DNA of 18,234 nucleotides from a virus: UHGV virus genome UHGV-0285855; one strand, 5' to 3'. Shown piece by piece: positions 1 to 9,470 of this stretch (position 1 is its first letter; each line of letters starts with the position of its first letter). The notes under the pieces were generated by a model. It saw only the letters and a program-made list of their open reading frames with translations, ran no database searches and was not told where the DNA came from. The position numbers and the translations under genes were made by a program.

Positions 1-123
1 CCGAAGCCGAAGCCGAAGCCGAAGCCGAAGCCGAAGCCGAAGCCGAAGCCGAAGCCGAAGCCGAAGCCGAAGCCGAAGCCGAAGCCGAAGCCGAAGCCGA
101 AGCCGAAGCCGAAGCCGAAGCCG
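1..123. repeat. Perfect tandem hexanucleotide repeat (CCGAAG)x20
   Basis: Direct reading: 20 uninterrupted copies of ccgaag followed by ccg. Confidence 0.97.
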
Positions 124-188
124 GACAGGATGCTCCCCGGAAAAAGACCGGCAATAAAGCTAAACAGGAAAAAAAGGCGCGCGCATGA
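3..188 (+). CDS. 3' end of an upstream gene (5' end outside window); C-terminal (Glu-Ala)n repeat then Lys-rich tail ...GQDAPRKKTGNKAKQEKKARA
   Basis: Frame 3 reads GAA-GCC (both common codons) through the repeat and stops at TGA 186-188, overlapping the next ATG (185) as ATGA. Frame 2 uses rare CGA codons and stops at 155-157; frame 1 would run deep into the next gene. Confidence 0.4.
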   Translation, partial: EAEAEAEAEAEAEAEAEAEAEAEAEAEAEAEAEAEAEAEAGQDAPRKKTGNKAKQEKKARA

Positions 189-604
189 ATTACGCCACCG
201 AAACCGATATGCGGGCACGTTACCGCGAGGATTTGCTCAGGCCATTACTGGCCGTGCCCCGTTCGGATGAACCGGACACGCGCAAGCTGAACCGGGCACT
301 GACGGACGCGACTGCCCTTATCGACAGCTATCTGTCTTCCCGTTACACGCTGCCGCTGGCAGTGGTTCCGGCGGTTCTTGTTCAGCATTGCTGCACGATT
401 GCCTTTTATTACCTGTGCGATCAGCGGGCATCCGATCAGGCTCGTGACCGTTACCGTGAGGCGCTGGCTTGGCTGAAAGATGTCATGAACGGTAACGTGC
501 CGGTCGGCGTGGATACAGACGGTGCGGCCCCTGAATCCGGGGATTTACCGCAGGTGCAGTCTGATGCGGCGGTGTTCGGGCGCAACCAGAAGGGCTTTAT
601 ATGA
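185..604 (+). CDS. Mu gp36-like small virion/head-tail protein (DUF1320-type)
   Basis: 139-aa ORF; position immediately upstream of gp37-like and the sheath gene; ATGA overlap with the next gene at 601-604. Confidence 0.5.
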   Translation: MNYATETDMRARYREDLLRPLLAVPRSDEPDTRKLNRALTDATALIDSYLSSRYTLPLAVVPAVLVQHCCTIAFYYLCDQRASDQARDRYREALAWLKDVMNGNVPVGVDTDGAAPESGDLPQVQSDAAVFGRNQKGFI

Positions 605-1164
605 TTACGGAAACCGAACAGGCATACATCGCCCGCATCCGTAAGTATTTCGGGAATGAACTGGTGTCTGTTGACACCCATCCCGGCGACTGGAGCGACA
701 GCGTGCTGCGCTCCATGCTGATTAATGCCCCGGCGATCTATGTTGCCTGGCTGGGTGCCGGTGAAGGGCGTACCCGTGGGCGTCTGGTCAGTCACTGGGT
801 GTTCTACGTCATTGGCGACATGCTCAATGGCCGTGAGGTCAGCCGTCCCGGACTTTATCAGATTGTGGCCCGTCTGATTACCGTGCTGGACGGCTTCAGA
901 ACCGAAAAAACCTCACCGCTTTACTTTGAAAAGGCGGTTAACGGTTACACCGAAACGCAGGCAGACAGCGGTGCCGTGATGTACGCCCTTTATTTCTCAT
1001 GCGAGGAAATGATCGACCCGCTGACGGATATCAGCTCGCTGGATGATTTCCTGCGCCATTACGAAACCTTTACCGAACCGGAAGGCACGCCGGAATTTAA
1101 GGCACACATCCGTCTGCCTGGTGCAACTGCCGCCGGTGAAAACGCCGGACTGTCAGAGGAATAA
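601..1164 (+). CDS. Mu gp37-like protein (DUF1834-type)
   Basis: 187-aa ORF in conserved position between gp36-like and gp38-like; translationally coupled start. Confidence 0.5.
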   Translation: MITETEQAYIARIRKYFGNELVSVDTHPGDWSDSVLRSMLINAPAIYVAWLGAGEGRTRGRLVSHWVFYVIGDMLNGREVSRPGLYQIVARLITVLDGFRTEKTSPLYFEKAVNGYTETQADSGAVMYALYFSCEEMIDPLTDISSLDDFLRHYETFTEPEGTPEFKAHIRLPGATAAGENAGLSEE

Positions 1165-1167
1165 CAG

Positions 1168-1446
1168 ATGACAACCATTTTTATTAAACCTGCGCCGGGA
1201 TGCCTGATTCGCGATCCCGACACGATGACTCCGCTCTCACAGGACGGTGAAGAGAAACCCTTCACCCCGTTCTGGTGCCGCCGTCTTAATGATGGTGACG
1301 TCATTGTGGTGGATAAAACGGCGGAGCCTGCCCCGGCAGCCACAACAGGTAATACCGGCGAGGCTGCAAAACCAGCGGGAGCGGCAGCAGAAAAACCTGC
1401 GGCGGCGGCTGAAAAACCCGCAGCATCAGATAAGGGGACGTCCTGA
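1168..1446 (+). CDS. Mu gp38-like small protein with Ala/Pro/Lys-rich C-terminal tail
   Basis: 92-aa ORF; purine-rich stretch agagga just upstream; stop TGA overlaps the sheath ATG at 1446. Confidence 0.45.
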   Translation: MTTIFIKPAPGCLIRDPDTMTPLSQDGEEKPFTPFWCRRLNDGDVIVVDKTAEPAPAATTGNTGEAAKPAGAAAEKPAAAAEKPAASDKGTS

Positions 1447-2927
1447 TGATTAACTTTGATTTTATCGGCGATAACAATCGCATCCCGCTGGTACAGATTG
1501 AAATCAATAACTCAATGGCCGTGACCGGCACGCCGCCACAGCGTCAGGCGGTGCTGTTATTTGGTCAGCGAAACCGTAATGCGTTTGGTGTTGTTGATTC
1601 TCCTGTCCGTATCACCCGCGCGTCTCAGGCAACAGAACTCTGGGGGCGTGGCTCCATGATTGCTCAGATGGTGGCAGCGTTTATTGCCATTAACCCTGAT
1701 ACGGAGCTGTACGGCATTGCACAGGGGGAAGGCACCGGCACGGCCACACCCGGCACCATCACACTTTCCGGTACAGCAACGGAAGACAATGTGCTGAATC
1801 TCTATATCGCCGGACGTCCTTACCGTCTGGCCGTCAGCAAGGGCAAACCGGGTAATCTTCTGGCGGATGCGCTTGCCGCGATGATTAACGCAGACCAGGA
1901 CTGTCCGGTCAGCGCCACGACCAGCGTCCCCCCGGATAATCAGGATCAAACAAAAAAAGTGATCACCCTGACGGCAAAATTTACCGGCGAATGCTCCGTG
2001 CATGATATCCGGCTGAATTATTATTCCGGTGAAGTGACACCCGCCGGGATTGTTGTTTCCACTGCCGGAGGCACCGCGCCGAAAAACCCGGATATTACCA
2101 ACAGCATCGCTGCCATGGGGACGCGCCAGTATAACTATATTGTGATGCCCTATAAGGATGCGGCGAATCTCAAAATTCTGGCGGATGAACTGCTGAAACG
2201 CTGGGGACCGGTAAAAATGTCAGACGGTATGGTCTGGATGGCGCATACCGGCACCTTCGGCACGGCAACCAGTTTTGGTGAGTCCCGTAATGATTTCCTG
2301 TTTACCTGTACCTCCATTCCGAAGGCACCGGAGCCGGATTATGTCTGGGCAGCTTCCATTTGTGCGGTCTGTGCGCCGTCACTGTCTGCCGATCCTGCCC
2401 GCCCACTCCAGACGCTGGCGTTGCCTGCTCGACTGGCACCGGCAGAATCAGATCGCCTGACACGGGAAGAGCGAAACAGCCTGCTTTATACCGGCATGTC
2501 CACGGTGACCGTCGCGGCCGCTGATGTGGTGCAGATTGAACGTCAGGTGACGATGTACCGTCAGAATGCATACGGCGAAAGCGATCCCAGCTATCTGGAT
2601 GTGGAAACCATCTACACCCTGTCATATCTGCGTTATTCCCTGCGCACCTTTATCACGCAGCGTTTCCCGCGCCACAAACTGGCCGATAACGGCACCCCCG
2701 TCCGGCCCGGTCAGAATATCGTGACGCCGGAGATCATGACGCTCCAGTTGATTGCGCTGGGGGAAGAATGGGTGGATCTGGGACTGGTCGAAAATCTGGA
2801 CACCTTTAAAAAGAATCTGCTCGTGGAGCGCAACACAAAAGACCGTAACCGTCTGGATGTGATGTGTACACCGGATCTGGTTAACCAGTTCCGCTTCATG
2901 GCCGCGCAGATCCGTTTCATTTTGTGA
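1446..2927 (+). CDS. Contractile tail sheath protein (Mu gpL-like)
   Basis: 493-aa ORF directly upstream of a ~120-aa tube-sized ORF; length and position match the Mu sheath protein. Confidence 0.8.
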   Translation: MINFDFIGDNNRIPLVQIEINNSMAVTGTPPQRQAVLLFGQRNRNAFGVVDSPVRITRASQATELWGRGSMIAQMVAAFIAINPDTELYGIAQGEGTGTATPGTITLSGTATEDNVLNLYIAGRPYRLAVSKGKPGNLLADALAAMINADQDCPVSATTSVPPDNQDQTKKVITLTAKFTGECSVHDIRLNYYSGEVTPAGIVVSTAGGTAPKNPDITNSIAAMGTRQYNYIVMPYKDAANLKILADELLKRWGPVKMSDGMVWMAHTGTFGTATSFGESRNDFLFTCTSIPKAPEPDYVWAASICAVCAPSLSADPARPLQTLALPARLAPAESDRLTREERNSLLYTGMSTVTVAAADVVQIERQVTMYRQNAYGESDPSYLDVETIYTLSYLRYSLRTFITQRFPRHKLADNGTPVRPGQNIVTPEIMTLQLIALGEEWVDLGLVENLDTFKKNLLVERNTKDRNRLDVMCTPDLVNQFRFMAAQIRFIL

Positions 2928-2935
2928 GGTAAGGC

Positions 2936-3301
2936 ATGAGCGGAAAACAGTATCAGGGCACGGCCACCATCCGTGTGAACGGACAGGAGTACGCCACCCT
3001 TGAGGGAGCCACGTTCTCCCCGTCCGGCTTTGAGCGTGAAGTGGTGAAAGGCGCGAAAGTTTATGGCTATCGTGAGAAACCCCGTGAGGCGACGCTGGAC
3101 TGTAAATTTCCGGCTGGCGGAGAAGGTTCACCGGCTGCCGATGAAATCAACACCTGGACTGCGGTCACGATTGAGTTTGTGGCCGATACCGGTGAAGTCC
3201 ACATGATGACGAAGGCCTGGAGCAGTGAACCGGCCTCGCTTGACGGTGGCGGTGATATCTCCGCGAAGTTCGCCAGCGCCACCAGTACCCGTGTCCAGTA
3301 A
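2936..3301 (+). CDS. Tail tube protein (Mu gpM-like)
   Basis: 121-aa ORF between the sheath and tape-measure genes; GAGG motif 6 nt upstream of the ATG. Confidence 0.7.
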   Translation: MSGKQYQGTATIRVNGQEYATLEGATFSPSGFEREVVKGAKVYGYREKPREATLDCKFPAGGEGSPAADEINTWTAVTIEFVADTGEVHMMTKAWSSEPASLDGGGDISAKFASATSTRVQ

Positions 3302-3315
3302 TCAGGAAAAATGTA

Positions 3316-3795
3316 ATGAGCACACGCAAGAAAAAAACAGCGGTTTCTGACGAGACCGTGATGGAGGCTATCCGGGATGCACTTGAAGACGGCGATCCCC
3401 GCACCGCCGGGCTGGCTGAACAGCTGGCGAACGGCTATGTGGATCTGCTCGACGGTCTGCCATTCGGGGAATCCCGTGAATACCGCGTCACCTTCCGCGA
3501 ACTGACGGCGAAAGACAGCATTGACGCGGAAACCGAGGCCGAGCGTCTTATGGAAACCCGAAATGGCGGCCCGGTTCTGATAGCCTCACCGGCACTGCGC
3601 GGCATTGCACTGCTGCGCCGCCAGATTGCTGCTGTCGGCCAGATTGAAGGGCCATTGTCTCCGCGTCAGATTGGACAGCTCAGCGAGCGCGATCTCTCCC
3701 GTCTGATGGCGGCGGTAAGCCTGCTTGATTCCGCGATGGCCGGAAAGCTGGTCGCTGAACGGGGGCGACCAGATGCAGTGCCGGGATCAGATTGA
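3316..3795 (+). CDS. Mu gp41-like protein, probable tail assembly chaperone
   Basis: 159-aa ORF in the tube-to-tape-measure interval, where tail assembly chaperones are encoded. Confidence 0.5.
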   Translation: MSTRKKKTAVSDETVMEAIRDALEDGDPRTAGLAEQLANGYVDLLDGLPFGESREYRVTFRELTAKDSIDAETEAERLMETRNGGPVLIASPALRGIALLRRQIAAVGQIEGPLSPRQIGQLSERDLSRLMAAVSLLDSAMAGKLVAERGRPDAVPGSD

Positions 3796-3919
3796 AGAAG
3801 CGGCAATTGTGCTGGGGATGGTGACAAAAAGCGGCCCGGAGTGGGCGCTTAACCTCCCCTTATCGCAGCTTTACCGGCACTGCCGACAGACCGAAAAAAT
3901 TCTCAGAACGAAGCAGTAA
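3772..3919 (+). CDS. Small ORF in the +1 frame overlapping the end of gp41-like; possible frameshift extension or independent 48-aa protein
   Basis: ATG at 3772 preceded by a GGGGG run at 3761-3765; the open frame runs to TAA 3917-3919, 3 nt before the tape-measure ATG at 3923. Confidence 0.3.
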
Positions 3920-3922
3920 CCC

Positions 3923-5980
3923 ATGGCAAAAAACCTGAAAGCCTCCCTGATTGTCGATTTACTCGGCAATATTTCTGCCAAATCCCGCCAGTGGTCACAG
4001 GAGCTGGGGGCGTTCTCCCGTTCCGGCAGGACGGGGCTGGGTGGTCTTGGAAATGCAGCCCGTCGTGCCGGTCAGGAGACAGAACTAGTCGGCTCCCGTA
4101 TGCAGCGAACGCTTGCCGGTGTTCGTGGCAGCATCCGCACGGTAACGTCAGATTTTGACCGCCTGCAGGGCAGCATTACCGGCACCATCGGGCGGATAAG
4201 CAACCTTTACGGGATGCTGGCGGGAGGGGCTGCGGTCTACGGTTTTAATAAAGCCTTTATCCGCCCGGCCGCAGAGATGGAAGATCATATTCTTCGCCTT
4301 AATGCTCTGAACAAAGGTGATACGGCAAAAACAGAAGAAATTCGTAAGTGGGCAGAGCAAAACGCCAAAGACACCACATGGGGATTGTCTGGTGTTATGC
4401 AGGAGTATGCTTCAAGCCGTGGTTTTGGGATGACCGATGCACAGGCACGAAGTTATATCACCATGCTTGAGGATCAGGGGGCACTTCAGCGATGGTCTCT
4501 TGACCGTGCTCAGGGTGCTTCCATGCAACTGAAGCAGATGTTTGCCCGTCAGAGTATCCAGGCGGAAGATGCAAATATTCTTACGGATTACGGGATCAAC
4601 GTTTACCAGTTGCTGGCTGATAAGCTGGGGGTTAACCAGAAAACGCTTCGTGATCTGGGAAGCAAGGGAAAACTGGGGCCGGACAGCATTCGCCTGTTAT
4701 TTCAGGTGATGGCCGAACAGGCAAAAGGTGCCCAGAAAAACGCCATGAACTCATGGACGGGAATGACGTCCATGATGGGCGATGTCTGGGACGGATTTGC
4801 CCGCGAGGTGATGGCAAAGGGACCGTTTGACAGCCTGAAAAAGAGCCTGAAAGGCTTTCTGGATTATGCTGATGCGGCACAGAAAAGCGGCTTACAGGAT
4901 AAGCTGACCACACAGACGGCCTCAGCCCTGAATCAGGGATTTGAGTATGCCAGAGACGCTGCGACCGGCTTTTACCGGGTCATTCAGAAAGTCAGGGAAA
5001 CGCTTCAGGCACTGCGCGACGCTGGTTATGGCGATGCGCTGGATCGCATTGGTCAGGGGGCGCAGACCGCCGCGAAGTACCTGATGTATATGTATCTCGC
5101 CTCCCGCGCGCTGAAGGTGCTCAGGTTTGCGGGGACGGGGGCATTACGTCTCGGTGCAACTCCCTTACGCTATGGTATGGCGATGACCTCCGTGCTGACG
5201 TCGCCCTTCCGCAAACCGCAGACCACTGTGCCGGGAACGCAGCCCGGACGCGCTGGCCGCTTCCTGAATTTCCTTACCGGGGTAAATCCTGCTGCCGTTC
5301 AGCCCGTGCTGGTCACCAACTGGCCTGCGGGTGGCATGGCCTCAGGTGGCGGGGATGTGGTGGTCAGCGGTGACGGCAAAACCGTGCGAGGCCGTAAAAA
5401 ACGCGGCCCCGGACGCGGGCGGGGTGTCACGACCGTCGTGACCGCCGGTGAGCAGCTGGCGGAGAGCGCCGGTAAACAGGGCTTCTTCGGTCGTATGATG
5501 AGCCGTGCCGGTGGTCTGCTAACGGCTGCCGGAAACCGCATGGGGCTGGGGCGTTTTGCCGGGCTGTTCCGTGGTGCCGGTCGGCTGGGTGGTGGTGCCC
5601 TGTGGGCCGGTGCCATGGCGGCTCCTGTACTGCTGGACAGCAGCGCCAGCGCAGCCGATAAAGCCGGTGCCGTGGGTTCCCTTGCCGGAAGTATCGCCGG
5701 TGGCGCGCTGGGGGCTGCTGCCGGTCCGGTCGGGGTTGCCATTGGTTCCACGGTGGGCAGCTATCTCGGTGATTATCTGGGGGGCTGGCTGACGCAGGCC
5801 TGGCAGAAACTGCGTGGCAGCAGTGACGAAAACGGCGGACAGGCCACCGCGAAAACCGCCGCACGGGTGGAGCTTGTGGCCCCTGAAGGCTGGCGGGCGC
5901 GCAGTATTGATGTGGATGATACCGCACAGCATGGCCTGGATGTGAACGTCTGGAACGGAGGGAACTATGGCCTCTACTGA
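3923..5980 (+). CDS. Tail tape measure protein
   Basis: 685-aa ORF, largest in the tail cluster; helical N-terminal two thirds and Gly/Ala-rich C-terminal region; located after the tube and chaperone genes. Confidence 0.8.
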   Translation: MAKNLKASLIVDLLGNISAKSRQWSQELGAFSRSGRTGLGGLGNAARRAGQETELVGSRMQRTLAGVRGSIRTVTSDFDRLQGSITGTIGRISNLYGMLAGGAAVYGFNKAFIRPAAEMEDHILRLNALNKGDTAKTEEIRKWAEQNAKDTTWGLSGVMQEYASSRGFGMTDAQARSYITMLEDQGALQRWSLDRAQGASMQLKQMFARQSIQAEDANILTDYGINVYQLLADKLGVNQKTLRDLGSKGKLGPDSIRLLFQVMAEQAKGAQKNAMNSWTGMTSMMGDVWDGFAREVMAKGPFDSLKKSLKGFLDYADAAQKSGLQDKLTTQTASALNQGFEYARDAATGFYRVIQKVRETLQALRDAGYGDALDRIGQGAQTAAKYLMYMYLASRALKVLRFAGTGALRLGATPLRYGMAMTSVLTSPFRKPQTTVPGTQPGRAGRFLNFLTGVNPAAVQPVLVTNWPAGGMASGGGDVVVSGDGKTVRGRKKRGPGRGRGVTTVVTAGEQLAESAGKQGFFGRMMSRAGGLLTAAGNRMGLGRFAGLFRGAGRLGGGALWAGAMAAPVLLDSSASAADKAGAVGSLAGSIAGGALGAAAGPVGVAIGSTVGSYLGDYLGGWLTQAWQKLRGSSDENGGQATAKTAARVELVAPEGWRARSIDVDDTAQHGLDVNVWNGGNYGLY

Positions 5981-7325
5981 CACGCCGGGGCGTGGCTCCT
6001 TTCGTGGCGTACCGTTCCTGGTTTATCAGGAGCAGCGGGAACGGGGCGGACGTAACATTGTGCGCCGTGAATACCCACTGCGTGAAAGCGGCGGTGCGGA
6101 TGATCTGGGGCCAAAACTCCCGGAGTTCACATTCACGGTTCTGGTGACCGGAGACGATCTTCAGACACAGCGAAGCCGCCTGCGTGATGCGCTGCGTGCA
6201 CCCGGTGCCGGTGAACTGATGCACCCGGATTACGGCACGTTAAACGTACTGATAAACAGCTTTGAAAGCCGTTATAACGCCAGCGAGCAGGGAACGGTTG
6301 AGTTCACGATCAACGTGATCCCCGCCAGTGACGATACCGCCCCTTCGGTGGCAGAAGATACGGCAGCTGCGCTGGAGCAGAAAAGCGGCTCAGCAATGAA
6401 TCAGCTGTTTAACACGCTTTCAGACGGCTGGACGGTGATTTCAGACGGTCTGCATGATGTACAGGCCATGACCGACACCATCAGCGATAAGATTGATGCA
6501 CTGGAGAATGCCGTTTCGGGGATGGGGATTGTGCAGGATATCAGTGCCTTTACGGCCAGTTTTACTGCCCTGAAAGGCAATGCCGCCGCCCTGATTAATG
6601 CGCCCCGTCGCATGGCTGAATCGCTGGCCGGAATGTTTGCCGTGCTGACCGGGCTGCCCGGCGATCCTTCCCTGTCTCTGACCGGAAAAGCCGGAACGCC
6701 GTCCGGCAGCCTGACCACAAACCGTGACAGCATGGCAGAGCAGGCCATGCCGCAGCTGTACCGCACACTTTCCTCCCTGCGTTACACCCTCAGCGAACAG
6801 GATGATCCACAGCGCCTGATTGGCCTGACGCCTGCGGCACAGAAAAATATCCGTCTGCTGCGGAGCGTGATGCAGAGTGCAACCCTGGTGTCGCAGGCAC
6901 AGACGGTCGGAAAACTGCTGGATCAGGTCATCCGGCAGAATACGACGCACGTTCAGGATACTGACCGTTCGGGCGGACTGGCATGGCTGGAAAGTTCTGC
7001 TGATGTGCAGCGTATCAACCGGGATTTGAGCGATGCCATGGAACAACAGGTGCTGGATCTGTCCGCACAGGGCTATACCGTGACTGCCCTTGCATTACGT
7101 GATGCAGGGCTTGCGCTGACAGAAGATTTAACCACACGGAGCGTGCATCTTCCCGGTGCTTTTCAGGTCATGGTTCGCACCACCGAACCGGCACTGGTCA
7201 CGCTGTACCGTGCCACCGGCAACAGCAGTCGCTGGCAGTATTTTGTCCGCAGAAACAATATCTCCGATCCGGTTTTTGTTCCGGGTGGCCGCAGCGTGGA
7301 GGTGATCAGTGAGCAGCAGGATTGA
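5967..7325 (+). CDS. DNA circulation protein (Mu gpN-like)
   Basis: 452-aa ORF immediately after the tape measure, overlapping its 3' end; the position corresponds to Mu N. Confidence 0.65.
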   Translation: MASTDTPGRGSFRGVPFLVYQEQRERGGRNIVRREYPLRESGGADDLGPKLPEFTFTVLVTGDDLQTQRSRLRDALRAPGAGELMHPDYGTLNVLINSFESRYNASEQGTVEFTINVIPASDDTAPSVAEDTAAALEQKSGSAMNQLFNTLSDGWTVISDGLHDVQAMTDTISDKIDALENAVSGMGIVQDISAFTASFTALKGNAAALINAPRRMAESLAGMFAVLTGLPGDPSLSLTGKAGTPSGSLTTNRDSMAEQAMPQLYRTLSSLRYTLSEQDDPQRLIGLTPAAQKNIRLLRSVMQSATLVSQAQTVGKLLDQVIRQNTTHVQDTDRSGGLAWLESSADVQRINRDLSDAMEQQVLDLSAQGYTVTALALRDAGLALTEDLTTRSVHLPGAFQVMVRTTEPALVTLYRATGNSSRWQYFVRRNNISDPVFVPGGRSVEVISEQQD

Positions 7326-8436
7326 ACTGTATATCGGTGGCAGTATTTTTTCCGGCTGGCTGACGGTCTGCGTCCGTCGCTCGCTGGAGCATCTGGCCGG
7401 GTCGTTTGAACTGGGGCTGATGCTGCCCGGTGAGCGCATCCCCTCAGCCCTGCGGACCGGTCAGTCCCTAACGCTCAGAATTAACGGGCAGACGGTCATC
7501 AGTGGCTGGCTGGATCAGGTCAGTCAGCGGATCAGTGCAACCCGTCATCAGATCAGCATCAGCGGTCGGGATAAAACCGGCGACCTGGTGGACTGTGCCG
7601 CCATCCATCCCGGCAGCCAGTGGCGCAACCGGACGCTGGCACAGATTGCCGCAGATTTATGTGCGCCCTTCGGGATAGCTGTGCGCTGGCAGGTTAACGA
7701 CGACACGGCTGCACGCCCTTTCAGCTCTTTTACGCTGGAAAACTCAGAAACCGTGGCGGATGCGCTGACCCGTGCTGCCCGGCATCGCGGGGTGCTGGTG
7801 ACCAGTAATGCTGACGGCGATCTGGTGTTCACCCAGGCAGGAAGCCAGCAGACGGACAGACTGGTGCTGGGAGATAACCTGCTTGATGCCGATTACAACA
7901 CGGACTGGCGCGGACGATACAGCGAATACCGTGTCCGGGGACACGGGCGCGGTGGAGGCAAACGGGGAGACAGCGAATCCGCCGCCCGGCTGGCAGCACC
8001 TGTGGGCGTCATCAGTGATGAGCAGATCGGCCGCTACCGGCCGAAAATCATCCTCGCCGATCAACAGACAGACACCACCGGTGCACGGCAGCGTGCCCTG
8101 CGTGAAATGCGCCGTGCGATTGCCCGTTCAGAACGGTTTTCTGCCACCGTGCGTGGCTGGTTCCGGGATGATGGCCGGTTATGGGATGTCAATCTGCTGA
8201 CCGGTGTTTCAGCCCTGCGTTTCGGTATCGAACAGACTGAACTGCTGGTCTGTCAGGTGGAGTTTTTACTGGATGAACAGAACGGGGAAGTCACCCGGCT
8301 GGTTCTGGCACCGCGTGACGGCTTTATCGTTCCGGCAGAGCCGGACAGCAAAGGCCGTGGCGGTGGTTCCGGTGATGATGTTGATGCCTTTATTCGCCAG
8401 CAGATGAAAAAACAGGGGATCAGCTTTGATGAATGA
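7309..8436 (+). CDS. Baseplate hub / tail protein (Mu gpP-like, P2 gpD-like)
   Basis: 375-aa ORF; start appears to be GTG at 7309, overlapping the preceding gene by 17 nt. Confidence 0.65.
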   Translation: MSSRIELYIGGSIFSGWLTVCVRRSLEHLAGSFELGLMLPGERIPSALRTGQSLTLRINGQTVISGWLDQVSQRISATRHQISISGRDKTGDLVDCAAIHPGSQWRNRTLAQIAADLCAPFGIAVRWQVNDDTAARPFSSFTLENSETVADALTRAARHRGVLVTSNADGDLVFTQAGSQQTDRLVLGDNLLDADYNTDWRGRYSEYRVRGHGRGGGKRGDSESAARLAAPVGVISDEQIGRYRPKIILADQQTDTTGARQRALREMRRAIARSERFSATVRGWFRDDGRLWDVNLLTGVSALRFGIEQTELLVCQVEFLLDEQNGEVTRLVLAPRDGFIVPAEPDSKGRGGGSGDDVDAFIRQQMKKQGISFDE

Positions 8437-9040
8437 TGAAGTGTTCAGCCGCCTGATTGCCCCGGTAACGCGCGGTATTCGCCTGCTGTTTGGCCGGGGC
8501 GTTCTGACCGGCACACATGACGAACTGAAAATGCAGAATGTGCAGCTCACCGGCATGGACGGCGAAACCTTTGATGATGTGGAGCGCCCCCAGCAGTACG
8601 GGCAGATCAGCGTTCCCCTGCCGGGCGCAGAAACCTTTTTTGCCTGTCTGGGCGGACAGCGGGATCAGACTGTGGTGCTTGTGGTGGAAGACCGGCGCAG
8701 CCGTCCGACCGGACTCACTGCCGGAGATACGGGGGTGTATCACCATGAGGGGCACCGGATACGGTTAACAAAGGATGGTCGCATTATTGTGACATGCAAA
8801 ATGCTGGAGATTTACGCCGACGATGGGATGCGGGTGGATACGCCGGAAGCCACCTTTACGGGCAATGTGACGGTGGATAAAAACCTGCATGTTAAGGGGA
8901 ATTTCGCGCTTGATGGTACGGGGAAATCTCAGGGACTGTTCACGATGTCAGATGCCGTTATTGCCGGGATACGGTATTCCGGCCATGTGCATCATGATAA
9001 CGGCGAAGGCAGTAAGACAGGAGTACCGGAGAATGGCTGA
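8426..9040 (+). CDS. Baseplate central spike (Mu gp45-like, gpV-type) with His-rich C-terminal tip
   Basis: 204-aa ORF; C-terminal GHVHHD motif; ATG overlaps the end of the hub gene. Confidence 0.65.
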   Translation: MMNDEVFSRLIAPVTRGIRLLFGRGVLTGTHDELKMQNVQLTGMDGETFDDVERPQQYGQISVPLPGAETFFACLGGQRDQTVVLVVEDRRSRPTGLTAGDTGVYHHEGHRIRLTKDGRIIVTCKMLEIYADDGMRVDTPEATFTGNVTVDKNLHVKGNFALDGTGKSQGLFTMSDAVIAGIRYSGHVHHDNGEGSKTGVPENG

Positions 9041-9470
9041 TATTGCAATTGTATGGGATCAGGGATGCGGCTCGCTGCAACTGAACGGTGCCGACCTGCT
9101 GACGGATGACAGTCTGCTGACGGCCGTTCTGATTTCGCTGTTTACTGACCGCCGGGCGCTGGCATCGGATGAAATCCCTGACGGTACGCGTGACCGCCGG
9201 GGATGGTGGGGAGACAGTTTTCGCCCGCGTCCCATTGGCTCCCGTCTGTGGCTTCTCAGCCGGGAAAAAACGCTGGCCTCCGTGATAAGCCGTGCCCGTG
9301 CCTATGCGGATGAGGCGCTGGGCTGGCTCAGTCAGGATGGCGTGGCGTCATCCGTGGTCTGTCATGCAGAACGTGTGGGACACGCGCGGCTGGCGCTTTC
9401 GGTGCGCATAACCCTGCCTGATGGTTCAGTGAGACCCATGATTTTTTATGCTGATTTTAAGGGGGAGTAA
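9033..9470 (+). CDS. Baseplate protein Mu gp46-like (gpW/lysozyme-like fold family)
   Basis: N-terminus MADIAIVWD... The ATG at 9033 overlaps the gp45 stop (ATGGCTGA); the longer ORF from 8889 is an in-frame upstream extension inside gp45. Confidence 0.6.
   Translation: MADIAIVWDQGCGSLQLNGADLLTDDSLLTAVLISLFTDRRALASDEIPDGTRDRRGWWGDSFRPRPIGSRLWLLSREKTLASVISRARAYADEALGWLSQDGVASSVVCHAERVGHARLALSVRITLPDGSVRPMIFYADFKGE

Noticed and set aside
1-123. CRISPR array as an explanation for the regular repeat
   Set aside because: The units are 6 bp and directly abutting with no spacers; this is a microsatellite within a coding region.
5299-6224. Long minus-strand ORFs (265, 154 and 150 aa) inside the tape measure and DNA-circulation genes
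   Set aside because: They are antisense to well-supported plus-strand genes in GC-rich sequence, have Pro/Arg/Ala-rich low-complexity translations and no ribosome-binding sites; typical open antisense frames.
8889-9032. N-terminal extension of the gp46-like ORF (ORF track start at 8889)
   Set aside because: The extension lies wholly inside the gp45 spike gene in another frame; the ATG at 9033 overlapping the gp45 stop is the natural coupled start.
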